DNA of 64,000 bases from the human T2T-CHM13v2.0 reference genome, Homo sapiens: NCBI RefSeq assembly GCF_009914755.1, contig NC_060931.1; one strand, given 5' to 3'. Each line of letters opens with the position of its first letter. Positions within the stretch are counted from its first letter, which is position 1. Of the stretch, positions 29,247-43,147 are shown one piece after another. A program made the translations under genes and the position numbers. The notes beneath the pieces are model-generated. The model was not told the DNA's origin and searched no databases. It saw only the letters and a list, made by a program, of their open reading frames with translations.

Positions 29247-29349
29247 CTGAGGGAGAGGCGCTTCCAAGGAGGAAGCGTCCAGCGCCAACGGTGCGCGCCG
29301 CGGGCCGGGCGGGTAGAGGGAAGTTTCGCCGCGCCTGCAGCTCAGCGCT
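29247..29349 (-). other. STEAP4: STEAP4 non-coding exon 1 (TSS approximate)
   Basis: GC-rich; ends CTCAG|GTGGGT (GT at 29246-29245); starts ~25 nt downstream of a TTATAG box. Splicing to exon 2 gives ...ctcagTTATGGAG. Confidence 0.85.
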
Positions 29350-29369
29350 GTGGCTTGTGGCTCTCGCTG

Positions 29370-29445
29370 CTATAAGAAGCCAGAGAAGGGCGGGACGGTC
29401 TGCTGGATTTCGCAAGAGAAGCGGAAAAGAACTTGTTTCCTGGAA
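29370..29445 (-). promoter_or_regulatory. Proximal promoter motifs: TATA-like (29375-29370), GC box (29388-29394), C/EBP-like ATTTCGCAAG (29407-29416), STAT/GAS TTCCTGGAA (29437-29445)
   Basis: Motifs read directly. They fit the known IL-6/STAT3 and C/EBP responsiveness of STEAP4. Confidence 0.7.
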
Positions 29446-29605
29446 GAGTTCAAGCTGAGAATCCCAGCAGCTGGAAGGACCGGAACTTCTATACTGCGGT
29501 GCTGCTGATGGTGCCGCTGACCCCCGGGAAGCGGGGATTTTAAGGGTTACACCCGAGCCCTTGGCATCTGTGCATCCCAGGGTGATTGAGGTTTGGAGAG
29601 GTCTA

Positions 29606-29615
29606 GGAATCCCCC
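29606..29615 (-). promoter_or_regulatory. NF-kB consensus site GGGGGATTCC
   Basis: Matches GGGRNWYYCC ~260 bp upstream of the TSS; the gene is known to be TNF-inducible. Confidence 0.45.
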
Positions 29616-30382
29616 TTTCCTAAAGGAGCAAGAAGGATCTCTTTGAGTAGCTGAGAAAACAGCACCTGGACTAGGCTTCTAGGCAATTCTTTTGCCATCT
29701 TGTCTCAGTTTATAGAAAAGGTGGTATCTTTCCCCTCCGCCTGGAAGCCATGGGTTCTTATGGGGCTCATAACTTGGAAGATCTTGAGTTTTCAGGTCTT
29801 AATTTAGGTAGATTAAAGAAATAAAACAAATGAAAGAGGGATCGGGATACCTTATGATATACATGCAAATGTGTCTTTCTACAGAGAAGGTCAAAAACCA
29901 CAGCCCTGGTTGTTTAAGATTGAAATAATCCTGATAAACTATGGGGCAAAGCATCCATACACTCCCAAACTCTGTAATCTAAATCCCAGAGTCTTCCCAA
30001 TGATCTCCACTCAGCCATGGGTCTTAAATTCCACAGCATACGCTTGCCAAGCTCCAGAGGCCCGGCCACATGGGAGGCCTGTTCCTCCCATGGAAAGGGG
30101 TTGTTGAGTCAACCTTCCCTTTGTCTGGATTGCAACTCTCCTCATAGCTTCTTGTGGGGTTGGTCAGACCCCATGTCTTTCAAGAGGTCTTTTCTTAGCC
30201 ATTAGTTGCAATTAATATTTTCTTTCTCTATACAGTAGTTTATACTTTTAGCACAGCAATTAAGACAATTTGCCTTTCAAAAGAGTTATTATCATGTGTG
30301 TGTGTCTTGTCCTGGACTGCAGTCTTCGAGGGATGACACCCTAGTTTTTTCAGTCTGGAATTTTCCATAACACCTAGCAAAA

Positions 30383-31595
30383 TGCATTACTTAACAATGG
30401 GGATTTATTCTGAGGAATGCCTCATTAAGCAATTTATTAAATATATTCTGAGGAATGTCTCATCAAGCAATTTCGTCATTGTGTGAACATCATAGAGTGC
30501 ACTTACACAAACCTAGATGGTATCACCTACTACAGGCCTAGGCTAGATGGTATATAGCCGATTGCTCCTAGTCTACAAACCTGTTCAGTATGCTACTTTT
30601 CTGAATACTGTAGTCAGTTGTAACACAATGGTAAGTATTTGTGTATCTAAGCATAGAAAAGGTATAGTAAAAATGTGGTATAAAAGATAAAAAATGGTAT
30701 ACCTGTATGGAACACTTACCATGAATGGAGCTTACAGGACTGGAAGTTGCTCTGGGTGAGTAAGTGAGAGAGTGTGAAGGCCTAGGATATTACTATACAC
30801 TACTGTAGACTTTATAAACACTACATTTAGGCTATGCTATTATAAGAAATATTTTTCTTCCTTCAATAGTAAATTACCCTTAGCTTTCTGTAACATTTTT
30901 ACTTTTTAAACTTCTAAGTTTTAAAAAACTTTTTGACAGTTTTGTAATAACGCAGCTTAAAACACATATTGTACAGTGTGTACAAATAGTTTTTGTCTTT
31001 ATATCCTTATTCGATAAGCTTTTGTCCCGTTTTTAAAAGTTTTAATTTTTTTGCTAAAAATGAAGACACAAACACACATATTAGCATAGACCTACACAGA
31101 ATCAAGATATGTGATATCACTGTCTTCCACCTGTATGTCTTTTGTTACTGAAAGGTCCTCAGGGGCAGTAACATGCATGGAGCTGTCTTCTGTGGTAGCA
31201 ATGCCTTTTTCTGGAATATCTGCTGAAAGACCTTCCTGAGGCTGTTTTACAGTTAACTTTTTAAAAAATACAAGTAGAAGGAGTACACTCAAAAATAATT
31301 TAAAAGGTACATATAATAAATACATAAGCCAGTAACATAGCTATTTATTATCATTATCAAGTATTATATACTGTACATAATTGTACATGCTATACTTCTA
31401 TATGACTGGCAGCATAGTAGGTTTCTTTACACCAGCATCACCACAAATGTGAGTAATGTATTGCTCTGTGATGTTATGACAGCTACAGTGTCCCTAGGCA
31501 AGAGGAATTTTTCAGCTCCATTATAATTTTATGAGACCGTTATTATATATGCAGTGCATCATTGACCGAAACATTGTTAGGTGGTGCGTGAGTGT
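30383..31595. mobile_element. Tigger3/Golem (MER7-type) DNA transposon, ~1.2 kb
   Basis: cattgtgtgaacatcatagagtgcacttacacaaacctagatgg ... cattgaccgaaacattgtta termini. Confidence 0.8.
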
Positions 31596-33281
31596 AATTG
31601 GTACTGAATATTTATTGCACTCATTAATTAATAAATCTACTGCCAATTATTATATTTTGCAAAAAATTCATCCGATAGTATTCTTTGGCCAGGGAAGAAC
31701 TTAAAATATTCATTGATTTTATAGCATCTGATTTTCCCAGTTTGCAGACTAATAGGCAAGAGAGGGGTGTGCACCCATGGAATAAGGTCCGCTGCGTGTC
31801 CCTAAGAGTCTTCATAGATGGTCAACACAGTTTTGGAGACTTGCCCTTTGTCTACCATTTGGTTTTAAGCCTTGATGGGCACAGAAACTTGATAAGCACA
31901 CTGAGCCTGAAACAACCAAAATGGTGACTTGTTAGTTGTTAATGGAATATAAAGCAAATAGTTATTGTAAAAATACAGTTGCTAAGGGCACCAGACATTA
32001 TGGCCATCACATTCTCTCCATGTAGACATATCCTGTGGAAGCTATTTTATATGCAGAAGGCTGCTGGATAAACAGACGAGTGAGTTATAAAATTCCAAGG
32101 TTTACTGACATCTGGTTAAGAGAGTAGCTATATCGATGCATGCCATTTAGAAGCAGAAGCTGGGGTCTATGGACCAGGTCACTCTGGTTTCTAGGTGGTG
32201 TTTGGATCCATTATGAGTTGACATAATGGACAACCATATTCTCGAATGCATCCTCTGAGTAATAACAGAATCATTGCTTTATAAACTTATTATTATTAGG
32301 TAGATAAAAAATTTTGAAATGTGATTTTTATGAGAGGCAGATATATTTCAGTTATGCAAGTTCTTTTCTTTGCCAAAGGCAACTGGAGTCCTAGAAAAGG
32401 AAGATTAAATTACTGGGATATGAAGGATGGAAAAAAAATGCCTTTATTAGTGCAAAACTTAAGAGGCATTTGACGTATTTATCTTGTGGTTTAAAGATTG
32501 ATTTTCCCCTTGGGCCTAGGAGGGACACACAGTTCATAACTCTCCTAGTCTTTCCGTAAACCCTTGCCATAGGGGAAAATTAAGCTTCCCAAAGATGCCA
32601 GCAACCTGAGTACCCAAGGACTTCCTGTGGGCAGGATTCATCTTTCTTCCTGTAGTTTTATACTCAGAGCTCCAGATAAACCTTCCCAGATGTTGTGCAC
32701 CACCAAATTGTTCTTATTTAGGGATTTCCACATTTACTGTGCCCCTGAGTCTTTCCTGCTACTTCCTCTCTCCTCATCCTACTATGTCAAAGGCCCCAAA
32801 TGGTAGAATTTAGGCAAACTGATGAAGTAGGCCTAGAGCCAGTGTTCATTAAATGTTATTAAGTGATTGAAAAAAAGTTACCCTTAACATTTTGTATCTC
32901 CCTTTCAATGCCATTTTTCTCCTTTTCTGGGGCTCCCCTCTGCACTATCTTGTGTCTTGGGCATTTATCCCTCTTCCGCAAGTCCTCTCCTTACAGTGTT
33001 CCACACCTTCTTATTGGGGTGGGGTGGAGCTTTCAACACGTGCTGGACCAGGAGGTGACTGACTTGATAGTCTATAATTAGCATGTGTATGCGAATCTTT
33101 TATTGACTTAAAGATTTGCCCTCTAGCTGTTTTTGAAAAAAAAATTTTTTTTGAAGGACTCCTAGAGATGTCTCTGTCTAACCCCCAGAAATGAATCTCT
33201 ATGGCAGGGATTTCAGGCGCTCTGGGAGATATATTTGAATATTGGTGTAAGGAATATTTTGTCTTTTGCTTACCTAGCATC

Positions 33282-33435
33282 CAGGACCAGGACTAAGTGA
33301 GGTGAATGAGGAGGCTAGGACACCAAATCTGTGGAGGTGCTCACTCAAAACCCAGTCTGCACGAACCTGAAAATAAATGACTTCTTAAATGTTTTTCCTT
33401 TGGTGCCTTCCTTGCCTGCTCTAGTCCTGGTCCTG
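33282..33435. mobile_element. Small hAT MITE (MER96-like) with perfect 14-bp TIRs, inserted in an MLT1-like LTR
   Basis: caggaccaggacta / tagtcctggtcctg; agcatc duplicated in the flanks. Confidence 0.7.
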
Positions 33436-33890
33436 CAGCATCCATTTCTCTTTGCTAATTATATCTTCATTTTCGTTTGATAAACGCCCTTGCACAATCT
33501 TGATCCACGTGGTTCAAGTTGAACCAATGGCACTGGGGTTCCAGGATCAGGCACCTGACTTAGACCTGGCCATTCAAAGCACAAAGCCTTGTCCACAGTG
33601 ATTGGTCCAATGATGGCATGTGACCTGAGTTGGGCCAATAGGAATCTTTCCTGGAACAACCTGGGAAGCAGCACACTCTTTACAGAGGGTTGTCGGACTG
33701 CTAAAAAGCAAGCCTGGGTCACAGTGAGGAGAAAGTCAGCCTGAGAAAGAGGCCACTTCAGGGGAAAAGAGAGCAAAGAGATGAGAAGAGACAGATTTCT
33801 GCAATTGTTAGAGTGCCATATCTGAAGAAAGCTGTATACTCTGGGCTTTTTAGTGACATGAGTCAGTAATTGAATGTCTGTTATTTGTAT
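33436..33890 (+). mobile_element. Old MaLR LTR (MLT1K/L-like)
   Basis: gattggtcca..ggcatgtgacctgagttgggccaat motif. Confidence 0.55.
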
Positions 33891-35626
33891 AAAATGGGAT
33901 TGGGTAGGATGAGAAAGGCACCTGCTCAGTCAGACTTCTGTGACTGTAATGCCTACTGAGGTGGCTTCATCACAACATGTGGTCAGAATGAGGAAGGCAT
34001 GTGTTGTTAAAAAAAGCAAAACAAAGGCCTTTCTGAGTTTTCTTGTAGTAGCTTTGGGACTTGGATAAATAATCAATTTCTGTGACTGAAGTTTTTCAGC
34101 TACTTCCTGGTATATTCAGAAATCATTTTCCTGTCTCAGAAAACTTTTTTTCTACTTCTTTCCTATTTTAGTGGGGGTGGACAGATAGAATCCTTCTCCT
34201 CCTTTTTCCTGAAACTGCAAAGGGTATAGTGAAGAAGCCAGGCCATTGACCTGGTTTTAACCAATTTCTAGGACTCCTGCCAACACAGACCAGGAAGCAA
34301 AACCAAACAACATTTTACTGCCCACCTGCACCCAAAAAAAGTACTGATGGGAGAATACGTCAGACACTGACAGTATTGGAGTCTGGACTAGGGATAATGT
34401 CAGGAATGACAATAAAGAACTTAAAAATAAGACCTAAAGAACTTGACTTTAGGTTCAAGAGGAGGTTGAAGAGAAGAGTTGAGTATGTGGAATAAGTGAA
34501 TAATAATATTTTAAAACATCACTGACAAAGCCTAGAAGTGACAGACAGTTGCAGCTACTTCTGGGAATTGAAAATAGGCAAGGAAACCCTTTCCTCTTTA
34601 TCTGGGTCTCTGATTCCCTGGGTCACAAGGTCTGTGTTAATTTTGGAAGCTTCTAAGGCACTGGCAGGGCTATGGACTGACTATCACCAATAGGAATCTG
34701 GAGGCGGCCCAAGACCACATCTGCTGACCTCAGAAGAGGTCACTTAAATACGATGTTACCAAAGAACAAGATGTGCAAAATAATTTGAAGAGATGGAGAA
34801 ATATTTGAGTTAATTTTTTGATAAATGCAGCTGGCATTAATAGAGATGTTCTTTCTGTAATTCAAAAACTGAAGATGTGTCATCTGCTTTCACCCCAGCC
34901 TGCTGGTACACGCCATGATATATGAAGCTGCTAGCAGAGCTATGAATCAATAGTTGATTGGTAGTTACTGTTAGTACTGGAAGTATTATTGGCAACAGCA
35001 ATTCCAGTCCAGGCAATTTGTGCCTAGTGCCAGTAAAGGAAGGTTAGTTAGATTTTTCACATGCTAAAGAGGAGACAAAAATAAATTTAAAAATATTAGA
35101 GTGAATGAGGTCCTGTTCACTTTCAAATAGAGTTAGCAGGGAAAATAGTATAAAACCAATCACAGGAGGAAAAGCAAAAGAGAAGAATACTGAAAATATG
35201 AGGCTATTTTTTTTTCTCCATTTTCTAACTGTAAAGATCAATTACTTGCTAAAAGTTATTTTCTTTTTTGGGGTTTCTTTAAAGATAATTATATATATTA
35301 TTTTTATACTGGTAGTATTAACTATAGATGATTCTGTAGTACCAAATACAGATGATTTATGTTCACAGAGTGTTTGCTAAACAATTTATTTAGTTACTGT
35401 AGATTGTTTTACATTATATAACACTTTAGTTTAAATAATTAACTAAAATATTTAAACAATTAATGCAAAATTCAAGATATAAATGGGGTATGTTGAAAAG
35501 CTGTTTTCTGCAGACATTGAGCTCCCTTGTCTGGAGGCAACCACGTTGATGATTTATTGGGCTCCTTTCATAGACAGACTATGCATATAAAAGCATATAT
35601 ATTTGTTCTTAAAAATTACAAATGGT

Positions 35627-35930
35627 GGCCAGGCAAGGTGGCTCATGTCTGTAATCCTAGCACTCTGGGAGGCCAAGGTGAGCCAATCGCTTTAGCCCAG
35701 GAGTTCGAGAAAAGCCTGGGCAACATGGTGAGACCCTGTCTCTACAAAAAACAAAAAAACTAGCCAGGTGTGATGGCACGTGCCTGTAGTCCCAGTTACT
35801 CAGGAGGATGAGGTGGGAGAATCACTTGAGTCTGGGAGGTCGAGGCTGCAGTGAGCCATATTCGTGCCACTGCACTCAAGCCTGGGTGACAGAGCAAGAC
35901 CCTGTCTCAAAAACAACAACAGCAACAAAA
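35627..35930 (+). mobile_element. AluJ-like SINE
   Basis: Full Alu with CAA-rich tail. Confidence 0.93.
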
Positions 35931-36049
35931 ATATAAGTGGAAGCCTACTAGTCACATTCTTCTACACCTTCCTTCTTTTCACTTAACACTGTAACTTAGA
36001 GATCATTTCCAATAGAGTGGTCAAGGCAGTCCTATATCAAACTGCACGC

Positions 36050-36297
36050 ACCCATGCCCACCTCCTTCACTTGCTCCCCTTTACTCTGCTGTCTGTTATT
36101 TCCACGGCACTCATTACTTTCCGACATACTGTCCTTTATTTATTTATTACATTTAGTGTTTTTCTTTCCTCTGGAACTCATGAGCCATGAGCACAAAGAT
36201 ATTTTGGGGTAATTTTCGCCCTACTGTATATGTACCACGTACAATGGTGACCGGCACATAGGGTCTCAATAAATATGTTGAATGAGTGAATGAATGG
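36050..36297 (-). mobile_element. L2 3' fragment
   Basis: ggcacatagggtctcaataaatatgttgaatgagtgaatgaatg end. Confidence 0.65.
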
Positions 36298-38422
36298 TTT
36301 GAAGGGAAAATGATGGACTGGTAGAAATCTATAAAATAAGTATGCAGATATATAAGATCTTTGAAACCATTCATGTCAAAAATGTATTGGTGAGGTTAAA
36401 CCAGTGCTTCCCTAGCTAAAGCAGAATGCTCAAGTAACTGCCTCTACTGATTGCCAGTTTGTGCTTAAATTTGCTCAGAAAAGGCCAGATGCCTCCAGCT
36501 ACTTTATCTCTTGCTATTCCCAGGGTTCTGCTTTTTTTTCAGACTCCTTTTTAATCTATAACGTTTTCATTTAATTACTTCTTTCCCAACTCCATATCTC
36601 CTATGTCTGTAATAGCATTCTGTAGAGTTCCTAAGCCCTTTTTTTTTGGAAAGGATCTCTGTAGTAAGATATTGCTTACTAGGTCCCAGGAGTCAGCTTT
36701 TATAAACAGTCTGTGGAAGAATGTGCAGCATTCATTATATAGAAGGAAGTGGAGACTTCCCTCTTCACATAACAGAACTGTACAGCAGCTGCCGAAAGAG
36801 TTTTGATGCCTCAGACCTGTCATCTTATTTTGCGTGTGTAATAATTACAGGAAAGAGGATGTGGACATGTACTATCAATTAGTGTTAAGTAAAAAAAAAA
36901 ATTTAACAGTAAAAAAAGGAAGTGAAGAAAAACAAAATAAATGGCTATTCTACCAGTCCTCTTTAGATAACTGCTTTGGTTGGGCTGTTGGCTATTTGGG
37001 AATAGTCTTAATTTGTGCTTTCTCGCATTTTGTATAGCAGTGATTATATCATAGATTTTACACATGAGAAAGGCCACACAGGAAAGAATCTTTAGAAGCA
37101 GGGGGAGGTAGGTTATAAATTTTTATTCAAATGTGAATTAATTAAAACCCCAAATCAGAACTATTTTAACATTGAAATTAAATCCTGGGCCACTCATAAC
37201 TTTATGACTATTCCACAAGAAGATTGTTCATAAGCAAGAGAAGTATCTTAATTGAACACTAGAAATTTAAATACAGAAATTTGTCAAATCTTGTCAAAAT
37301 CCATTGGCTAGAAATAAAGGATTATTATTGTCAGTGGTTGACTTCTGTCAGCCCTGGTACCCCCTTTTCCTCCTCAAAGAGTAAAGCTTCACTTGTCTAG
37401 AGGGAAGGAAGCCAAGGAAAGGACACGAGAAATCCAAACAGATTCAGTCAAGTTCATGGACTTCAATCTAGGTATGCCCTCAAGTATCTAACTAAGAAAT
37501 GCGTTAGTGAATTCTAGGAAATCTAGTTTTCAGCCTCCTGTGCCTGAAAGGAACAGAGGAAAAAGACAGGTAAACTCTAAAAAGCAGACTCAAGGACTCC
37601 AAATACAATTGTCTAGGATAACTTACTGTATGAGCAAAACAATCAGGAAATACTGAGGAAATTACCATATATGTCATACCAGAATTAATTTTTATATTGA
37701 TCACCCTTTATGACCAGAAAAAAACAAAATTGTTTAGTCTACATGAATAATATAAGAAATGGTGTAAAAATAATCTTAATAGCATTTCGATCTCAAATGA
37801 TTGTAAAGTAATAAAAAATCTTATGTCAGTTTTTGATACTGATCTTTTCTATCCACCTTCCTTCTCACTTAGATGCTACTCATATGGTCACAGCATCCAC
37901 CTTTTCCTTACTAACAGTCACCACATTTTCATTTCAAACGTCTCATTTTCTGATCATTCTCTCTTATCCATCCAGCTCACTTACGCTGCTTATCCCACTC
38001 TTGCAAGTTACCAACCTTATAAAGTCTTCTAATCCCCTGCCTTTGTTATTTATTTTTATATTCATCATATTCATCACATTCTCTATCTTTCACTTCCTTC
38101 TTACCAGCTGTGATTTCACATACTGTTATGACGATTTTCTTACAGATGTTTCTTGATTACCTTGGCCATCTCTTTGCCACTTCCTTGCCTGGCAAAATTT
38201 CAACACTAGTTATATTGAAGTGACTGCCTACTTTGCATCTTCACCCAAGCAGCTAAATGTTACTGGAGAAAATAAAATAATTGTTGCTAGGTTTAGTTAT
38301 TTCAAAACCATGACCACAAATGTCAGGGCATATTACACTTAGTGGCATCCTACTATACCTGTGGAGCCATATTCCATTTCTAACTCTCTAGAATGATTTC
38401 TTAAACCTCTTCTAGTTCCTTT

Positions 38423-38472
38423 ACTCACTCACTCACTCACTCACTCACTCACTCACTCACTCACTCACTCAC
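38423..38472. repeat. (TCAC)n tetranucleotide repeat, ~12 units
   Basis: Direct read. Confidence 0.95.
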
Positions 38473-38633
38473 AGGTTATGATCCCACCATAATCTAATTT
38501 TCCCACCTCTAGTTCTACCAGCTCACTATATTCATGCCCACATACTCTTCCAACTCTCATTGCTGTAAGGCTATTCCCTCCTGATGTGCTTTGGATTCCC
38601 ACCCCATACCATCATAAAGAATTCACTCCTCCA

Positions 38634-38963
<330 letters not shown>

Positions 38964-39394
38964 TCAGTTGTCAGTTCATTCCTTTCCACTGGGCCATATC
39001 CAACATTGTGCCACAGTGACTTAATGCACCAACCTTGAACATTCTATCATAGGATGTTTGCCTGTTGCGGTTGCTATTGCTTCTGCTTGGAAAGCTCTTT
39101 GCTCAGATCTACTAGTGACTACCTCATTGTTCTGGTTTCAGCTAAACTTCCCTACTAGTGGCCTTTACTGATCTTCTTAGTTCAAAGTAGCTCTTTTCTC
39201 CACCACTTTTCAAGCAGGCCCTATATGTCACATTACACAATTTTATTTTTTTTCATATTATGAAAGATCTTATTTTTTATTGACGTGTTCATGTTTTGTT
39301 TTGTTTCATTTTTCACTTGAGTATAAGCTTCTTGATAGTAGGGACTGTCTCTTCTTTATTATTGTAGAACATGCCTGGCATACAATAATAGCTA

Positions 39395-39847
<453 letters not shown>

Positions 39848-41120
39848 TCATACAAACCTTTTTCTATAAGGGTAGTGAATAATTATAATACAACACTACT
39901 ACTAATAAAAGTGCTTATGTAGAACTTCCTGTATGCCAGATGATCTTCTGAACACTTTATAAATATTAATTTATTTAAGCAACAGCCTTGTGAAGCAGGT
40001 ATGATTATAAATGCAAAAAATATTGAGTCATGTTTATCTTACATGAATTCCTTCAGCAGCCTCTCATGTGTAAGTGGTACTTTCCACAAGAAGGAACAAC
40101 TATTTATAGGAAGTATTAAGAAATCTGGGCACTACCATTGATTGCGGATTTACCAAGAACTGTGCTAGGCATTGTGGGAGCTACCTAAGAAGAATAAAAC
40201 AGAATCCTTCCTAGAAAGACATAGTATTCTTCTATGTATAATAGTACATCTCAAAAGGACTATACATCTATAAAGCACTGCATAATATCACTAAATACAA
40301 TGAACAGATAGATTGATAAAATATTTACACCTTTGCATGCATACTTCTGATTTTTAGATGACAATATGCTTTCTATTTTGAAGACATGGAAATATTTATG
40401 AAGTTGGATGTGTGGATAAAGGCCACACTATCATACATTGGCCCCTAGCTTTAAAAATCTTAAGATATGTGAAAAGTGTTGGATCAAAAAATGAATATCC
40501 ATATTTGGGCATCATGTGGTCTGCCCTTTCTGAAGAATGTGACTGCCAGTATTAGTGGCTATTCCTAGTTCAGATGCCATTTTTTCCTTTGTGTTACATT
40601 AAATCTTTTCTCCAATTATTTTAGGTTAATTGTAAACATAAAAACATTCGTTTAGAAGAATTAGCTACATGCCAGTAGATGAACTATAAATTAGTTTAAA
40701 CACAAAGAGTTAATTTAAGCATAAATATAGACAACATATTTTAAACGCTTCAGTAATATCTCCAGTATGGGTTGGGTGATACTTAGCCTATTTCACTAGA
40801 GAATTGGGAACACCCTTAGGCAGTTGTGACTAAGGGGACGTCTGTATTTATCTTGTTTTTATACCCTGTAGTGGCCCACACCCTTCGGTGCTAGTCTAGA
40901 CCCATCTGATTTCAGAGGTAATTGCTGGGAACTCCTGGTTTGAGTCTATAATTTCTCAGAGTTAAACCCCTAAAATACTTTAACTTTCTGTCTTAGCTAC
41001 AGATTATACCAACTCCATTTTTATTCTGTAGCTACACATGTTCCCTATGATTTTTGTACAGATCTACAAATGTCAGTGATTATGTGCAGTTTTTAAAAAT
41101 AGTATTATCTACTAATAGTG

Positions 41121-42059
41121 TGGTCAATTGAGAAAAATAATGAGACAAGTCTTAATCATTTTAGGAGATTTATTTGCCAAAGTTAAGGACACGCCCGGGA
41201 GACAGGTCTATGCCTTTCTCCGAAGATGATTTTGTGGGCTTTAAATTTAAAGAGGTAAGGGAGGGATATTGGGAAGTACACAATTTTCTTTTTTCTTTTC
41301 TTTGAGATAGAGTCTTACTCCGTCTTACTCTGACGCCCAGCCTAGAGTGCAGTGGTGTGATCTTGGCTTACTGAAACCTCCACCTCCCAGGTTCAAGTGA
41401 TTCTCATGCCTCAGCCTGCTAAGTAGCTGGGATGACAGATGTGCACCACCATGCCAGGCTAATTTTTGTATTTTTAGTAGAGTCAGGGTTTTGTCATGTT
41501 GGCCAGGCTGGTCTCTAACTCCTGGGCTCATATGATCTGCCTGCCTTGGTCTCCTAAAGTACTGAGATTACAGGCATGAGCCACTGTGCCTAGCCAAGAA
41601 GTACACATTTTTTCATGTAGGAGATGAGTAGGGGGAAAATAGTCATTCATGGCTTTGTCTGGTTCCGTGAATCTGCATTTTTACATAAGATAACATAGAT
41701 AGGACAGGGTTCAGGGAATCTGCATTTTTAAGTAAGATAACAAACAAAAATGGGGCAGGGGAACAATCAGATATGCATTTGTGCCAGGTGGGCAGAAGGG
41801 TAAATGCATCTGTAAAGATAAGCTATCAGTTTACATTGCCTTGGTGAATTTTAACAGAAATGCTTCAGGGTAAATATCTTGGAGCTCATTAGGAATTTCC
41901 TTGTGGGCAAAATATGAGGGAGGTGTGTAGTTTTTCATCTTGCAGCCATCTTATTTGGGAACCAAAAAGGGGAGGCAGTTTTGCATGACCCAGTTCCCAG
42001 CTTGACTTTTCCCTTTGGGTTAATGAGTTTGGGGTCCCAAGATTTATTTCCCTTTTACA
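41121..42059 (-). mobile_element. MER4A-type solo LTR interrupted by a reverse Alu (~41285-41596, TSD gaagtacaca)
   Basis: Minus strand starts TGTAAAAGGGAAATAAATCTTGGGACCCCAAA...AAGTCAAGCTGGGAACTG. Confidence 0.8.
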
Positions 42060-42160
42060 CTGGCTGTAAGAAAAATAAGTGCTTTGTGCTTTGTGCTTTG
42101 TGTTGGATCATCTTTTAGTAAAGTTTCTGTAGCTAGAATATGTGGGAGTTTAGGAATCTT

Positions 42161-42639
42161 TGTTACAGTAGGTTAAATTGTGTCCCTCAAAAAGAAATGT
42201 CTAAGCACTAACCCCTGGTACCTGTGAATGTAACCTGATTTGGAAACAGGGTCTTTGCAGATGTTACTAGTTAAGGATCTTGAGATGAGATAATTCTGTA
42301 TGTAAAGTGGCCCTAAATCCAATAAGTGGTGTCCTTATAAGAGAAAGGAGAGGGAAATTTGAGATACAGAGACATAGAGAAAAGGCCATGTAAAGACAGA
42401 GTCAGAGGTTAGATTTTTGTAGCCCTAAGGCAAAGAATATCAAGGGTTGCTGGCAGACACTGGAAGGTAGGAGTGGGGCATGGGAGAGATTGCTCCTCCA
42501 AGCTTCAGAGGGAACCAACCCTGCAGGCATCTTGATTTTGGACTTCTGGCCTCTAAAACTGTAAGAGAATAAATTTTTGTTGTTTTAAGCCACCAATTTT
42601 GTGGTAATTTGTTACAGTAGCTTTAGGAAGTGAATATAC
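42161..42639 (+). mobile_element. MLT1B/C MaLR LTR
   Basis: tacctgtgaatgtaacctgatttggaaacagggtctttgcagatg ... gagaataaatttttgttgttttaagccacc. Confidence 0.85.
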
Positions 42640-42753
42640 CTGGTTATAGGTGAGGAAATAACAAGTTCCGGCTTGAGTAATGCCATGAAGATGCTCTCCT
42701 GTTACTGACCATTGCATCCTTTATGGTTATTTTCTGTCATATATCATCAAATG

Positions 42754-43147
42754 TGTCAGGCCTCTGAGCCCAAGCTAAGCCATCATATCCCCCGTAACCT
42801 GCATGTATATATCCAGATGGCCTGAAGCAACTGAAGATCCACAAAAGAAGTGCAAATAGCCTTAACTGATGACATTCCACCATTGTGATTTGTTCCTGCC
42901 CCACCCTAACTGATACGATATATTCTGCGCACCCCCACCCTTAAGAAGGTACTTTGTACTATTCTCCCTGCCCTTGAGAATGTACTTTGTACGCCTATCC
43001 CAAACCTATAAGAACTAATGATGATCCCACCACCCTTTGCTGACTCCTTTTTCGGACTCAGCCCGCCTGCACCCAGATGAAATAAACAGCCTTGTTGCTC
43101 ACACAAAGCCTGTTTGGTGGACTCTCTTCACACAGACACGCATGACA
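42754..43147 (+). mobile_element. HERV-H solo LTR (LTR7B/C-like) with perfect 5-bp TSD AAATG
   Basis: TGTCAGGCCTCTGAGCCCAAGCTAAGCC...AATAAA...CATGACA; TSD at 42749-42753 and 43148-43152. Confidence 0.93.

Larger units (their letters stand above)
29070..29560. promoter_or_regulatory. STEAP4: CpG island / STEAP4 promoter
   Basis: Dense CpG, GC-rich non-repeat sequence in an otherwise AT-rich, CpG-depleted window. Confidence 0.85.

Noticed and set aside
29058-29458. ORFs of 76-108 aa over the promoter
   Set aside because: CpG-island composition artefact: non-ATG starts and low-complexity R/A/P/S content.
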